This document shows positions 52,490-64,000 of a stretch of 64,000 nucleotides of DNA, in pieces (position 1 is the first letter of the stretch; each line of letters begins with the position of its first letter). The notes beneath the pieces are model-generated. The model was not told the origin of the DNA and did not search any database. It saw only the letters and a list, made by a program, of their open reading frames with translations. The stretch is taken from positions 1 to 64,000 of the forward strand of contig JBDOQK010000001.1 of the NCBI GenBank assembly GCA_040437565.1. Direction: 5' to 3'. The translations under genes and the position numbers were made by a program. This DNA is from Albugo candida (taxonomy: Eukaryota).

Positions 52490-55400
52490 GATGCTCCAAA
52501 GTTGCAGCTTAGACATAGGTTCGTTGATACAAACGGAGTACAAAGTTTGGTAACCTTTTCTACAACACATCAAATCGAAATTCGACATTTGTTGCGGACA
52601 AGAAACTCATTTTCCCGAGATCAACACCTGGAGGCTTTTCAGCTGCACTCAACTTCCACCTATACACACCATATTTTTGTTACGTATTCGAATAGTCTTC
52701 ACTCTCTCCGTTAGGGAAAGGGTGAATGGTGCTATGACAATCCGTTTACCACGACTTCTCGTATCTGAAATTGCAAAAGCTTTTTCGAATGTCTCTGTAC
52801 AAGATCGATTTGGAATATACGTCTGGACTTACCTGGAGATCCAGTACATATACACAACATTGTTATGTTCCGGTGAATCAAAAGGAGTGAAAACCTTTTT
52901 TCGATCAATTTCAACGGAAGCTTTTGAAACAACGCAACCACACCGTTTGTGAAAATCTGAATACATAAAACCCTGCGTCCCAATTTGGATTGTTTTAGCG
53001 TTGTATATCGATACGGGCCAAGTCGACTCTCATGTTTGGAATGGGTTTCTCAACTGATTGTTCTGGATGCTTGGCGTCAACATGATTCCAGACGAACGTG
53101 TCTTTAGTGGCCCTCAAACAAGAAAAAATCGACTGAACTACATTTTTTTTGTCGGAACCTCTTTTCAAATCGGTTTACACGGATTCCAGTTATGCTTCAC
53201 TCCCTCATCCGGGTGATCATCCATTTCAACTACAAGGCCGTGGTTACTGAAAACTTCCTTTATCATGATCGACTATACAGTAATCAGAGAAGTCATTGAT
53301 GAAGAGGCGGGCCAAATTCTAGCAAATCTTCGCGCTTCTTCTGATCCCGCTAAGGAATGAAGACTCAAAAGAAGCATATGGAGAGTTTAATACATCAAGT
53401 GCAAAAGAAGATCTGTCATCAAGAGGAAGTCGAATTATGCGAGCTCAAGCCAATTTGGAAAATGCTGCTGCAGTTCCTCGATAATCGAACCAAGAAAAAG
53501 TATAAAAACATACGAGGAAACTCTACCTTCTTATCAAGAACTGTTGAACAGCTTCTTCAGATATGATCAAGACAACATGTTCTACAATAAAATAAAATAT
53601 ATGGAACAGTCATCTCGCCATGTTTTTCGATGAGTGGACTTGACATGTCATCGCGTACCTCAAGAAGAAATTTTAATTCCTTGTGAACAAGTATCAAAGA
53701 TCCCTATCCATAGTACTTTTCGTTTCTTAGATCACTGGAGTGGTATCATGGGAGATCAACAATGTTTAGCTGGAGTATTTTTACTTCCATGTGCGACAAG
53801 CAAGCAGCACTCCTACAGTCAATCCATAAAACATCTTCTAGCTGTGAAGCGTTTCTGTCACCTCTATTGAAAAAACAAGAAATTGAAGCCGCAATTGAAC
53901 ATGTGCGTGGATATTCATCACCTGAAATGGACGGATTACCGGCGGCATTATACCAACTCGCTCCACGTGTTGTTGGTGAAATTCTGCACATTGTTTTCGA
54001 ACATCAACTTCGTCGAGGCACTTCACTTCGCTCTCAGCGTATTTTTTTAGCAATCCCGATGCTTTACAAAACAGAATCTCGTGCTGATCCTGTCCCTATC
54101 GTCCCATTGCATTATTCGCATGGACGTGAAGGTGCTGTCGTAGATATTTGCGTGCCACATCAGAAAGTTCTTTTGAACTCGATCGACGAGGATAAAAAGA
54201 ATTTCTGCGTAGACGTTCCATCCTTCATCATATTCCATGCATGAGTGATCTTCAGCATCTGGTCACTCAACGTGATGAGGAAGCATATGCAACCTTTCTC
54301 GATTCTGAAAAAGCGTGCAGCTGAGTTGATTAAAAATGAATCGTGGTAATTCGCTCATCCAGCGGACAAATCTTCTGTAAGCCAACACAAATGTATCGCT
54401 ATTGTTGAATCGAACGTTTTCGTCGAAAATCATTTCGCCGTGGGGAGCAAACCAGGTTGACCCACTCACTCACCGCATGACGATTAAGAGTCAGAAGATT
54501 GTTATGGAGGGATAAACAACCCAAAATTGCATAATACCAACTGATACGGCAACAAGTGTCTTTTGTGCGAACGACTCGACACTATTGTTGGCTTCACTCA
54601 GTGAAGAGGAGGCGCAAATCGAGATCTTTCAGGAGTAGTGCGGTGTACCAGGTGCAAAACCCAACTTGTCTAAGTCCGCTTTGCTATTACTAAGTCGGCA
54701 CAAATGATTTCAATCGTTCGAAAAAGCAAAAGTACTCTCAGCACTCGATTCGTTGACCTACTTAGGAATTCCATTCACTCAATCACAATGTTATCGATAT
54801 GTCGGTTGGATTATAAAAGATTGTTCTATGGCGGATTCCGGAAGAGGTTTTGTCGAGTCAGAGCAGTTCGCGGAAGATTACTAGTGGTAGAAGCTATGGC
54901 TTTATCACGTTATGACATCTTACATCCCATTTTAACATTTTACAACACTTACTTTGACGCTGGCAGTCAATGATCGCCGTATTTGTTTGAATTCACTTTC
55001 ACCTGAACAAATCGGAACTCTTATACCTACCGCATTCAACAGGCGGACTAAAGGTTCCGATATGCGCAACAAAACGGAAGAAACAATGATTTTAGTTCAA
55101 CAACATGTATACTTGATTTCAGAACAGCTTTACCTAGCAAATGTACACATACCAAAATGGAGATCAACAATGCATTCTGCACAATTTGGGCCATGGCGAT
55201 CACTCCGCATCCTCAAGATGTCACCCGCTGGCATATGACTATGGTGCATTAGAATGTAGTTATTGGGATATGACTGATACAAATTTATCACAGCAAGATC
55301 GATTTTCCAGCATATTGGATGTTGCCTTATGATCCCCTATCAAACCTCAGGTCCATTTTGAGTAGAGGCAACGGTTAAGAAGTGTTTCTGCTCATCGTCG

Positions 55401-56510
55401 ATATCTGAGAATGGTACATGAACCTGTACGAACTTTTCAGAAAAGAATCACTCACGTTTCGAATACGGTCCTTACGTGACTTTTTTTGGGAAGACCGGTC
55501 TGGTTGGGCTCGGCTCTCGAATTCATTTTGCATTTTAGGACAATTGAAGTTGAGAAGTCGTCCGTTCAGTCTCAGTCAAATTTTTATGCCGGTTGTACGT
55601 TGAAGAAACACTAATTCTTCGACGAGCTCAACCTGTTTGCGTATTATTCTGCCCCAAAAAGAAACAAGAGCATTCGTATACGGTTCAATTTCGCATTCAG
55701 GTCTCGGACAAGAAGGTTTTCTTACGATGATACCTCGGAATCAACTTTATCGACTCGTTAATCGGTAACTCAAACCGGATAAACCACATCCAATGTGGCT
55801 TCTCGTATCAGAACGTGATCGAAGCAGGACGTCAACATGGGTGAAAATTCTTCAGGTTCTTGGAGCGTTTACGAATATGTGTACTATCAATGTATCATGA
55901 TATACAGTTCCGAATCCTAATTTGTATCTTTCCAGTTCTAGCGTGGTCCTGGTCTTAACAGGGCTCACATCGATAAATCATCCTGTACACTCAGAAGGAT
56001 TGTAGTAATGCAGAAAGCTACCAACATACGATTTTCACTGTAACAGCAAAAGTTCAATTATTCACTAGCTCTTTCCGTCTTGAATAATCTTCTTTCCAGT
56101 TCGACCACGATGATCACATATCGCGTATGCACGATTTCTGCACTTTGTTATGCGTGGAAATGTTTTCCACTGGTGCTGGAGGATCTTCGGTTTCCATTAC
56201 TCATGGTTGCAATTCACTTTATTCCGACGGATCGGAACCACAGACTTTTCGGCAAAGGCACTTCTACCCATACTGTTTCAGTGAATAATAGCAGACTGAA
56301 TGTCCATCTTCAATATTTCCAACAGCGTGCTATGGTGCGGAGTAGCTTGAGCAATTGAAAACGTATAAGCGTCTTATCAACATATTAATTCAGCGCAGAG
56401 ATATTTCTCAGTTGTCAACTGGGCCCGGTCTTTTTCACCTTTGACGACGATGAAGATTCTAAGTCGGTGATGAGTAGCGTTTCTACTCAGTACTATGTTT
56501 TTTTAATTCC
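52490..56510 (+). mobile_element. Degenerate L1/Tx1-like LINE ORF2 (APE endonuclease, RT, C-terminal Cys/His region); ORF1 possibly upstream from ~50300
   Basis: Endonuclease-like DTNGV, QETH, NRLNYIF and GDH. RT EIEAAI...SPEMDGLPAALYQ, YRPIAL, ANDSTLL, GAKPNLSKS and RAVRGRLLVV. Heavily frameshifted. Confidence 0.85.
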
Positions 56511-57599
56511 CCTGAACATCGGTGTGGATTTTCTATCCCGATCGTGCATGCCTTATTGTAGTTTGGGCATAAATGAAGCCCTTTTCGTCTAGTTTTCGTA
56601 ATATACACAAATTCAACGGAGCTGGGGTGGTTGCCTTGTCACTTGTTTACTACTTGCGCTGCTCGATTTTTTGTTCAATTATAACCTAGCCTTTTCACCA
56701 ATAGGCACCCACCAATACCTCGGCAATAGAAAGGAAAACCACAAGCTTGAGATAGAATTGGTATACGTAAGAGATAGGGAGTCAAAAAGTGTTATTACGT
56801 GTTATCTTTCCTCTTGCAGTCTGAATCTGGTGTGGATGCCAACCGCAGTCGGAATGAAGGTAGATGACACGTTGTCGCTTGTTTCGGTTTGTATTAGCAG
56901 TGTGGATTTCCACGTTCTGTGAGCTTTGTTGATGTCGTTTATCGCTGTCGAATGTAAATCGTTCCAAAGGCTCGGAAATCGTGCAAATGCGTCACAAACT
57001 CAAGTTCCAATCGCCTTACATACCTTAATGTTTGTCTGCTTCGAGTACGCGGAATAAGAAGGTGGCATTCAAGCCTTTTCCATTCATTCTATCATAGCTT
57101 CTATACCCTTTTCCTGTTGCTTCCGGGCAATTACTTGGCTTCTTTGTCTGGGACCCGTATCAAGTAGAGGTATACAAGCTCTCAAAAATTGATTGCAAGC
57201 TTTTCTTTTGCAGTGAAAAAGTCGAAATCAGGTTGCAGACGCACGATTGTAAGCGAACGTTCAGATATAATGAACTATGAATCTTCATCATTGACGTTCA
57301 TCACTCCAATATCGTATCCCAGTTTAGGATGAAACCCATTCAACGTCGATGGCTATATGCAATAGCTTCCTGTGAGAGAGATACACTCTACGACCGATAT
57401 CAGTGCCTTCAAGGATATCGAAACTGAGGAAAGATGTTCCTACATCTTTATGTAGGAAGTATGAATCTGTCGTTTCAAAATCGTTGTCGAACCGTTTTCG
57501 TTCTATGAAGCTTTAGAAAGTAGTGCAAGTGATTTAGTATTCTCGAATTGACTTGAATCAATCGACACCTCTAGCTGCCCCATCGTAATGGGTTGGTGT

Positions 57600-58581
57600 T
57601 CCATATAGCGATGCGAAGCAGAGGGGCATGATATAGTACAAGATCGCCTTTAACGGTAAGACGGGCTGTATGTGAGTGTGTGGGAAGCGATCCCATGTGA
57701 CAGTCGTCATGCATTGTGAGGAAAATTAATCCATATTTGTTTTCAGAGCTGTCTGTCGGAGCCGATTGTAATGGTTTACTTACTGGTGCCTTGACGAATT
57801 CTTCGCATCCAGGAAGTAACAAACGCAGAGTAAAAGTTTTGTGGAACTATCCGTCCTTCTCGAGTAGAAACGAAACGATAAGCACGTTTGGACAAGAAAG
57901 TAGATGGTTGCGTGTGTTTCAGGTAGAAAGAAAACGAGATGATGATTTTTCTGCAAATTGTTATATTTGCAAAAGTACGAAAACTCAATGAGAAAACTTA
58001 GTTTTCACGGTACCGGATGTGTACCGCGAATCCTCAATGATTGCAGCGATCTCGTTGAAATAGATTTATTTATTGTCTTCCTTACAGTAGTACCTTTCAG
58101 CAATATCCACAGATTTACAATCCACAGGAGTCGGATTGGGCATCTTCGCTGGAACCAATAAGGTATTCATCAGCTGTGGACCATACAAAAGGCACTGACG
58201 TTCAACGTTACCGTAAGGTAAACATTGTAGTTCAGCGCTACAACCCTGTAATTTTGCATTCGCCATCCCCAACTTCTCCATCATCTATGAACGTGCGGAA
58301 ACCGTTCCCTGGTGCAAACTGTAGATTATTGATGTCCACAGTGACGAAGAGACAGTAAATAGATCGATCTTACTCTGATTCGGTGATGACATACGCATTG
58401 GTGTCAAATATAGCGTAAGGGCATTTTCGCACATATAGAGGCTTAATGCCATTACTTTTCGTTCAGTGTCGTGGACTTCGACATTGAAGATCATTTGATT
58501 GGACTAACGAATGACTCTGGAGGACATGCTGCCGGTTAGGGACAGGATGAGAAATATGAATTAGAAGTATCGCCTCGTCAT
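57600..58581 (-). pseudogene. Decayed secreted protein, copy B
   Basis: ATG at 58581 reads MTRRYF*FIFLILSLTGSMSSRVIR*, homologous to the copy A signal peptide. Downstream Cys-containing fragments with stops. The 3' end is approximate. Confidence 0.5.
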
Positions 58582-58605
58582 TGTGGTTGTTGTTGTTGTT
58601 GAAAG

Positions 58606-58622
58606 AAGATTGGAGAATGAGA
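58606..58622 (-). promoter_or_regulatory. Oomycete INR(+FPR-like) core promoter motif
   Basis: TCTCATTCTCCAATCTT at the same offset from the ATG as in copy A, followed by a (CAA)n 5' UTR. Confidence 0.5.
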
Positions 58623-59327
58623 TAAGATTGGGTGAGCGTAGTGCGTGTGTGGCGAACACACATACGGTTTGGAAAGTTTCAGCTGCTGGTATTGAGCATT
58701 GGATTTGTGGCTCACAAATGTATGAAGTGCAAAAATAAGTGGGTACGTACCCAAATGGTTTGGCGCATGTTCGCACAATTATAGCTGGATGATACTTATT
58801 TAAGTGATTTATTTCAAATGCTCTGTAAACATCGTCCTTTTATTATCTGTAATAGCAACCAATATGGGATGGTAAAATGCGAAGAAAGGCGCGAATCTTT
58901 AGTCCTTATAGTGAAACGCACGTAATTGGGTTGGTAATGAGTACGCATATGAATTGGTACCCATTTGTACCGTACACAATATGGCTTTTCGTCTATTAGC
59001 GCACGGAAATTGAATGTGCTTTTTGCCTTTCTTTTGAGCCGAGAACCTCAAGTGACAAAGTTATATAGTATTACATATATGCGCATAGTATTATATTGAC
59101 TTACACGTTGCTCCCTTTTTCCTTTTGTCATAAAAGAAGGCAAAGGACGTGAGACGTCTTTCGTATTTGTAACGATGAGGGGATGACATTCCGAGTATAT
59201 TCCATGTACCAAGTACTAGAATGACGATAAGTAAGCGATGAAAGCGGAATCGAGTAGGAGAAAGCTCTCCTTATGTAATATCGTCAGCATCACAGAAGTA
59301 AAATGCGATTATGAATCATGGGAGGGT

Positions 59328-61560
59328 ATTGTTATATTTGCTCCCTTTTGAATTATATTTACTCCCTTTTAAGTCACGTGACTCACAATATTATACATGC
59401 AAACATTATCGCCTTTTCAAGTGTCACACCCAGTTTTTATGCGAGCATACGCATGATTTGATGGAGCTTACAGACAGGAATGATCACTGGAAATTGGAGC
59501 GATTGGGTAGACTTCTGCGTCTTTTGGAAAATTTAGTATTCGTAGAAAAAGGATGTGATCATTCTTGCTCTAGCAACTTAACTGATTGTCCGCTGTACGC
59601 CCCACAAGATCACTTACATCTGCCCAAGGGACTGTGCTTCTCCTATGAGATTCTGACGAGTTTGAGCGTATCAGCGGGGAGATAAAGAGATTGTGCATTA
59701 GATCGACACAATTTGCAAATGGATATCACAAAATTCTTTTCCTTGGATGAGATACTTTGTAGCTATTCCAACTAAACTTCATTTGTTTCGTGTTTTTTTC
59801 CTTCTCAAATAATCAGTTTTGCAATAGATTTCACATCACAATCTTACTGTTCGTTCTTTGTATGAAATGAAGCCGTGATTTTGCGTCGGCGCATTCTAAT
59901 TCAGCCTCAATTTGATATCAAAGAAGAGAACGAGAGAAGATCATAGTGATCGTCACAAGACCTATGAAGCACTACGTATCGTTCTCGAGTCCATCGGGCA
60001 TTTTTGAGACCGATCGTATTCAATTCTTCACAAGTTTACTTGAAATTTTTTTGATGCTACGGGAATTTCATGAACAATTTCTTCATCTCGGACTCCCCTT
60101 CCAACATCATGATGGATCCAAACTCACGAAGGATCGAATAAGGTTCGCCTACCTATAGAATTTTCATTGTTTTATCTCCGGTAAATGAAAATGACGAATT
60201 AAGCCATTCGCAAGCACGGCGTGTCATGCGTTGAGTTTCATTATGACGTCGATTTCTATCTTTTCCATACTTTTTTTCAGAAGCACCACATCGCACTGAA
60301 AGAAGAATGAGTGGCTTCATTATTCTTTTTTGATCATTGCTGAGAAGTCTCAGCAGTGATGACCGATATTTTCTCTTTTTTCCTGATGCAAATTCACCAT
60401 TCACTTTGACATTTTGTAGTAAGTGGAAGACACGATCAATAAATGCATTGCAGCTGACAACAATATCTGCATCGGCTGGATTGCGGACGTATTTTGCGTC
60501 AAATGTTGCTAGACAATGACCATCCAAGAAATACTTTGTTGCTGACATGAGGCTTCCACTTCTTCCAATTGCGCTGATTCCGGATGGACAAACTCGGCAT
60601 TGATGCCTTATCTCCACAATTTTGTCGCCACATGCGTCCGTACTAACGTCATTTCCGATGTCACTTTGGCCGAGTAGACAAGTACTAATGGACGGTTTCA
60701 AAGCAGTCATTCCAGGCCCAAGGTCTTGACCTCACTGGACAAGTTGCTGCATGTCATCAAACCAGCTATCAATATGAAACCCATCATTGAAATCCAACGA
60801 AACGGCCTGGAATACTAGACCAGAACAAAATCGATGAGGATAAGGATCGAGTCCCAAGTCGATGCGAATACATGCTAATCCAGCAACACAAGAAAAAGCT
60901 TCAATATCTTGCAATAATACGTGGATTTCAGCAAGAGCGTTTGGACGGAGATCTGAGGGATCTCCTGAGCTGGATAGAGCTTACTCAAGTCAAAATATAA
61001 AGTGATTTGTGTGCTTGCGTTCCCACCCTCATAGAATGATTCCATGGAAATAGAAAATATGTGACTGTAGAGTTGAGTTGCATATTTCAATACATAGTCC
61101 GAGTCGAAAATTGCACGTAAAGCTTCGGCTTCCTGTTCTCTCAGCTCTAGTGCAGGTTATATCGATTTAGGATTGGGTGATGCTTAGTTGATTTGCATAT
61201 CTATTGATGCGGCCAAGAAGCCCAGCTTTCAAAGGGGTCGATCAATCAGAATCGTACATTGCTTACATGTTTTTTTACTTTTTTCTTTCCCTACTGAGCG
61301 CACCCGATAAAAATAAGGAAGTAGTGAAGCAATAATAAAGCGCTTGGTCAAGAGCGAGTGGCTCTATGACTCGTTACAGTATCATGAATGTAAGGCTGTG
61401 TACCGGTACTTATGATTAAGCTCTAAATCAGAAGATTGGCAAATGTGTCGCTTGCGAAATTCTGAGCTGGTAGCTTTGTATTATAAATAAAACATAATAT
61501 TGTGGGTCACGTGACTTAAAAGGGAGTGAATATAACCAAAAAAGGAGTGAATAGAACAAT
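59328..61560. mobile_element. ~2.2-kb TIR-bounded element with no recognisable transposase
   Basis: 67-bp ungapped inverted repeats at 59328-59394 and 61494-61560, 58/67 identical by hand count. Each contains two TTATATTYRCTCCCTTTT-like subrepeats and a GTCACGTGAC palindrome. Confidence 0.8.
60153..61100 (-). pseudogene. Decayed gene with uracil-DNA glycosylase (family 1/viral UDG)-like motifs
   Basis: DIEAFS...IRIDLGLDPYP....SGLVF, then in the same frame past one stop G.SA...GS...FLDGH and VSCNAF. The Asp-to-His spacing is about 110 aa. Confidence 0.4.
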
Positions 61561-62774
61561 TTCGTTGCACTCATGACAGCAATTAGGACGGTATTTCCAG
61601 ATACAGCAAATATTCTCCGTGTTTAGCAAATATAGAAATGTTTGCTCACACACTCCAAACAACGATGTTTTGCAGCGTAATGGACAGAGTTTATGGGACT
61701 TGGAATGGTAAATCAGAAGCACCAACAGTGAAATGTTTTAGAGCAACTGGACAAACTTCAATGCACACCTTTCAACAATCATCAGCTATATAAAGAACAT
61801 GGAAGCATTTAAAAGAATAATTTATTTCATACTGGACTTCGCGTTTCCTGCATCTGAGGCACATATTCAGTTTCAGGGAAGAAGGGAATCAATCAACATT
61901 AAAACGATGGTTGTAGATCTCAACAATGGATTCGCAAAAGTCAACAGCAGGATCACAACGTATGTTGATCACCAAGCAAGGGAATTGCAGGTAAAGATAG
62001 GCTATGGAAGTATCCAAAAATGGCTGGACTTGGGTGAAGGATTTCATGATCAAGTAATCAATAAGAATTGAATATTCGTTTTGATATAATTGCACGATCA
62101 CGTGTGCACTGGATATGAGAACTTCACTTTAACGTGTTTCGCTAAATTTCAAGAACTATTATATTGCCTTGTCTCTGCCGACTTCTAGAAAAATAGTAGA
62201 AATTGTCCATAAACAGTGTCCATTCACAATGGCCATTGACCTACCTCGTCCTTGCCTGCAAAGGATCAATTAAGGCACAAACCTTTGATATAATCTCTGT
62301 AACCAACAGTATTGCTAAGGTTTATTGCACATTAGGTACGCCCCAGCAAGCTGATGGAACTTACTTTACAAAGGTTTTCGAGCACCAAATGAGCCTCATA
62401 TAAAGTGAACAAGAGGCAAACCATCGATCTCATTCATCAACAAGAAGGAGACCTCATTGCATGAATTTGTGAAACACGGCAAAGGTGTAGAAGGTGTGGT
62501 CGAATTAGGCACAACATCAGCACCTGTCCAAGATGGAGAAAACCAGGGGGTTTCCCATTAATTGGAGATGTTGTTAGGTATAAAGACAGCTGTAGAATTT
62601 CGTTTAATTTTTACAGAGTTTTGTGTCTACTATTTGTGTCGTAATAAAATTTTCGGGCTTTTGTTTGAGTCTACAAGAAACGTATTGGGATTAATAGACA
62701 CGAAAAAGAAACCCATATAGAATGCTCGTTCAACACTCCATTGGCTGCTTAATTGTCGATTTAGCAATTTATTC

Positions 62775-62877
62775 CTAAAATTGAACAAGAAATCATGTTT
62801 ACGATCAAGCAAAAGCAAACGGACCTTTCCGTGTTGCTTTTGCTTGATCGTAAACATGATTTCTTGTTCAATTTTAG
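62775..62877. repeat. 103-nt near-perfect hairpin ending at a gap
   Basis: 44-bp perfect inverted arms (62775-62818 and 62834-62877) plus an inner ACGGA/TCCGT stem and a 4-nt loop. Confidence 0.85.
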
Positions 62878-62977
62878 NNNNNNNNNNNNNNNNNNNNNNN
62901 NNNNNNNNNNNNNNNNNNNNNNNNNNNNNNNNNNNNNNNNNNNNNNNNNNNNNNNNNNNNNNNNNNNNNNNNNNNNN

Positions 62978-64000
62978 CTGAACTATTTCTCGCGGACGAT
63001 TCGACATTGATTTCGAAAGCAGTAATTGGGGTTTTGACGCAAACCGAACTCGTTCAAGTCAACATTTTTTATGATGAGTTTGGTGCATGGTTTCGACGAG
63101 CACAATATTAGACGATACTTTTACCTGACAGGTCGTCAAGGGCTTGCGCTTCAACTGCAAGACCTATTACATGTGAAATACAACCTCATCTGAACGGCTG
63201 TTTGGTAATAACATGGCAGATGGGATTAGGAGAGACGGTCACTACGTGGACTAGACGGACGTTATGTGAAACGTGATATAGGCAAGTTTGTAATGCTGTT
63301 GCACATGCATGTTGTAGTGTTGACAAAAAATGTTAATGCCAANNNNNNNNNNNNNNNNNNNNNNNNNNNNNNNNNNNNNNNNNNNNNNNNNNNNNNNNNN
63401 NNNNNNNNNNNNNNNNNNNNNNNNNNNNNNNNNNNNNNNNNNTTCGATGGATCTGTTGCAAAACCCAACTTGAGCAAATTATCTTTGCTCTCGTTGAATC
63501 GAACGATTTCGTGTCCACGTATACCCAATTTGACCATAATGGGTCCGGAGGATTCGGTCAAGTATTTGAGTATTCCGTTTGGCGAGACACCAAATGATTC
63601 GATGCTTTTTTCAACTCTCGAAATTTTTATGATGAGTTTGGTGCATGGTTTTGACGAGTACGAATTGTCCGTGGTCGACTACTGGTAGCGCGGACGATGA
63701 TTTAAGCACGTCTGTGGCATTACGCGATGCACGTGGACATACGAGCGGAGACTATTCAACAGTGGAAATAGATGTTAAATCTATTTGTGCTTGGTCGGAA
63801 ACACAAAAAGATTCGAAGCACGTCCACCTACTCAGCAAAGAATTTTTATATCTTTGTCGACAAGATGGTGAACTACTATTCGATGCGTCGACAATGATTC
63901 CCGCGAACTGGACTTCTACTTCGGCGGAATTTTTACAACTTATTCAACCTTCCTTTGGACCACAAAAGCCGATGGATCTACTCACCATCGTACCACATCG
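62978..64000 (+). mobile_element. L1/Tx1-like LINE RT fragments (same family as 52490-56510), split by a gap
   Basis: FLADDSTL and VAKPNLSKLSLLSLNR...VKYLSIPFG, matching ANDSTLL and GAKPNLSKS of the upstream copy. Confidence 0.8.

Overview
Eukaryotic, AT-rich scaffold end that starts with a CCCTAAA-type telomere tract, so this is a subtelomere. Eight 100-N gaps interrupt it. The telomere motif, oomycete-style core promoter motifs and two secreted-protein genes with the CHxC/CCG motif (CxxCxxxxxG) point to an oomycete, most likely an Albugo (white rust) species; this is inference. Only one long intact gene is visible: a 729-aa CCG/CHxC-type effector candidate (13140-15329) built from four Cys modules. 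The rest is mostly decayed sequence. It includes a frameshifted CCG paralog next to the telomere, three Copia retrotransposons (one full-length, nested in a MULE transposase), L1/Tx1-like and RTE-like LINE remnants, and an Aurora kinase pseudogene carrying a 43-bp hairpin insertion. It also holds two paralogous secreted-protein pseudogenes sharing about 800 bp of promoter and signal-peptide sequence, and two TIR-bounded non-autonomous elements. One of these carries Ulp1-protease-like remnants. The other carries a decayed gene with uracil-DNA-glycosylase-like motifs, the most unusual observation here. All homology calls are by-eye motif recognition, not database searches.
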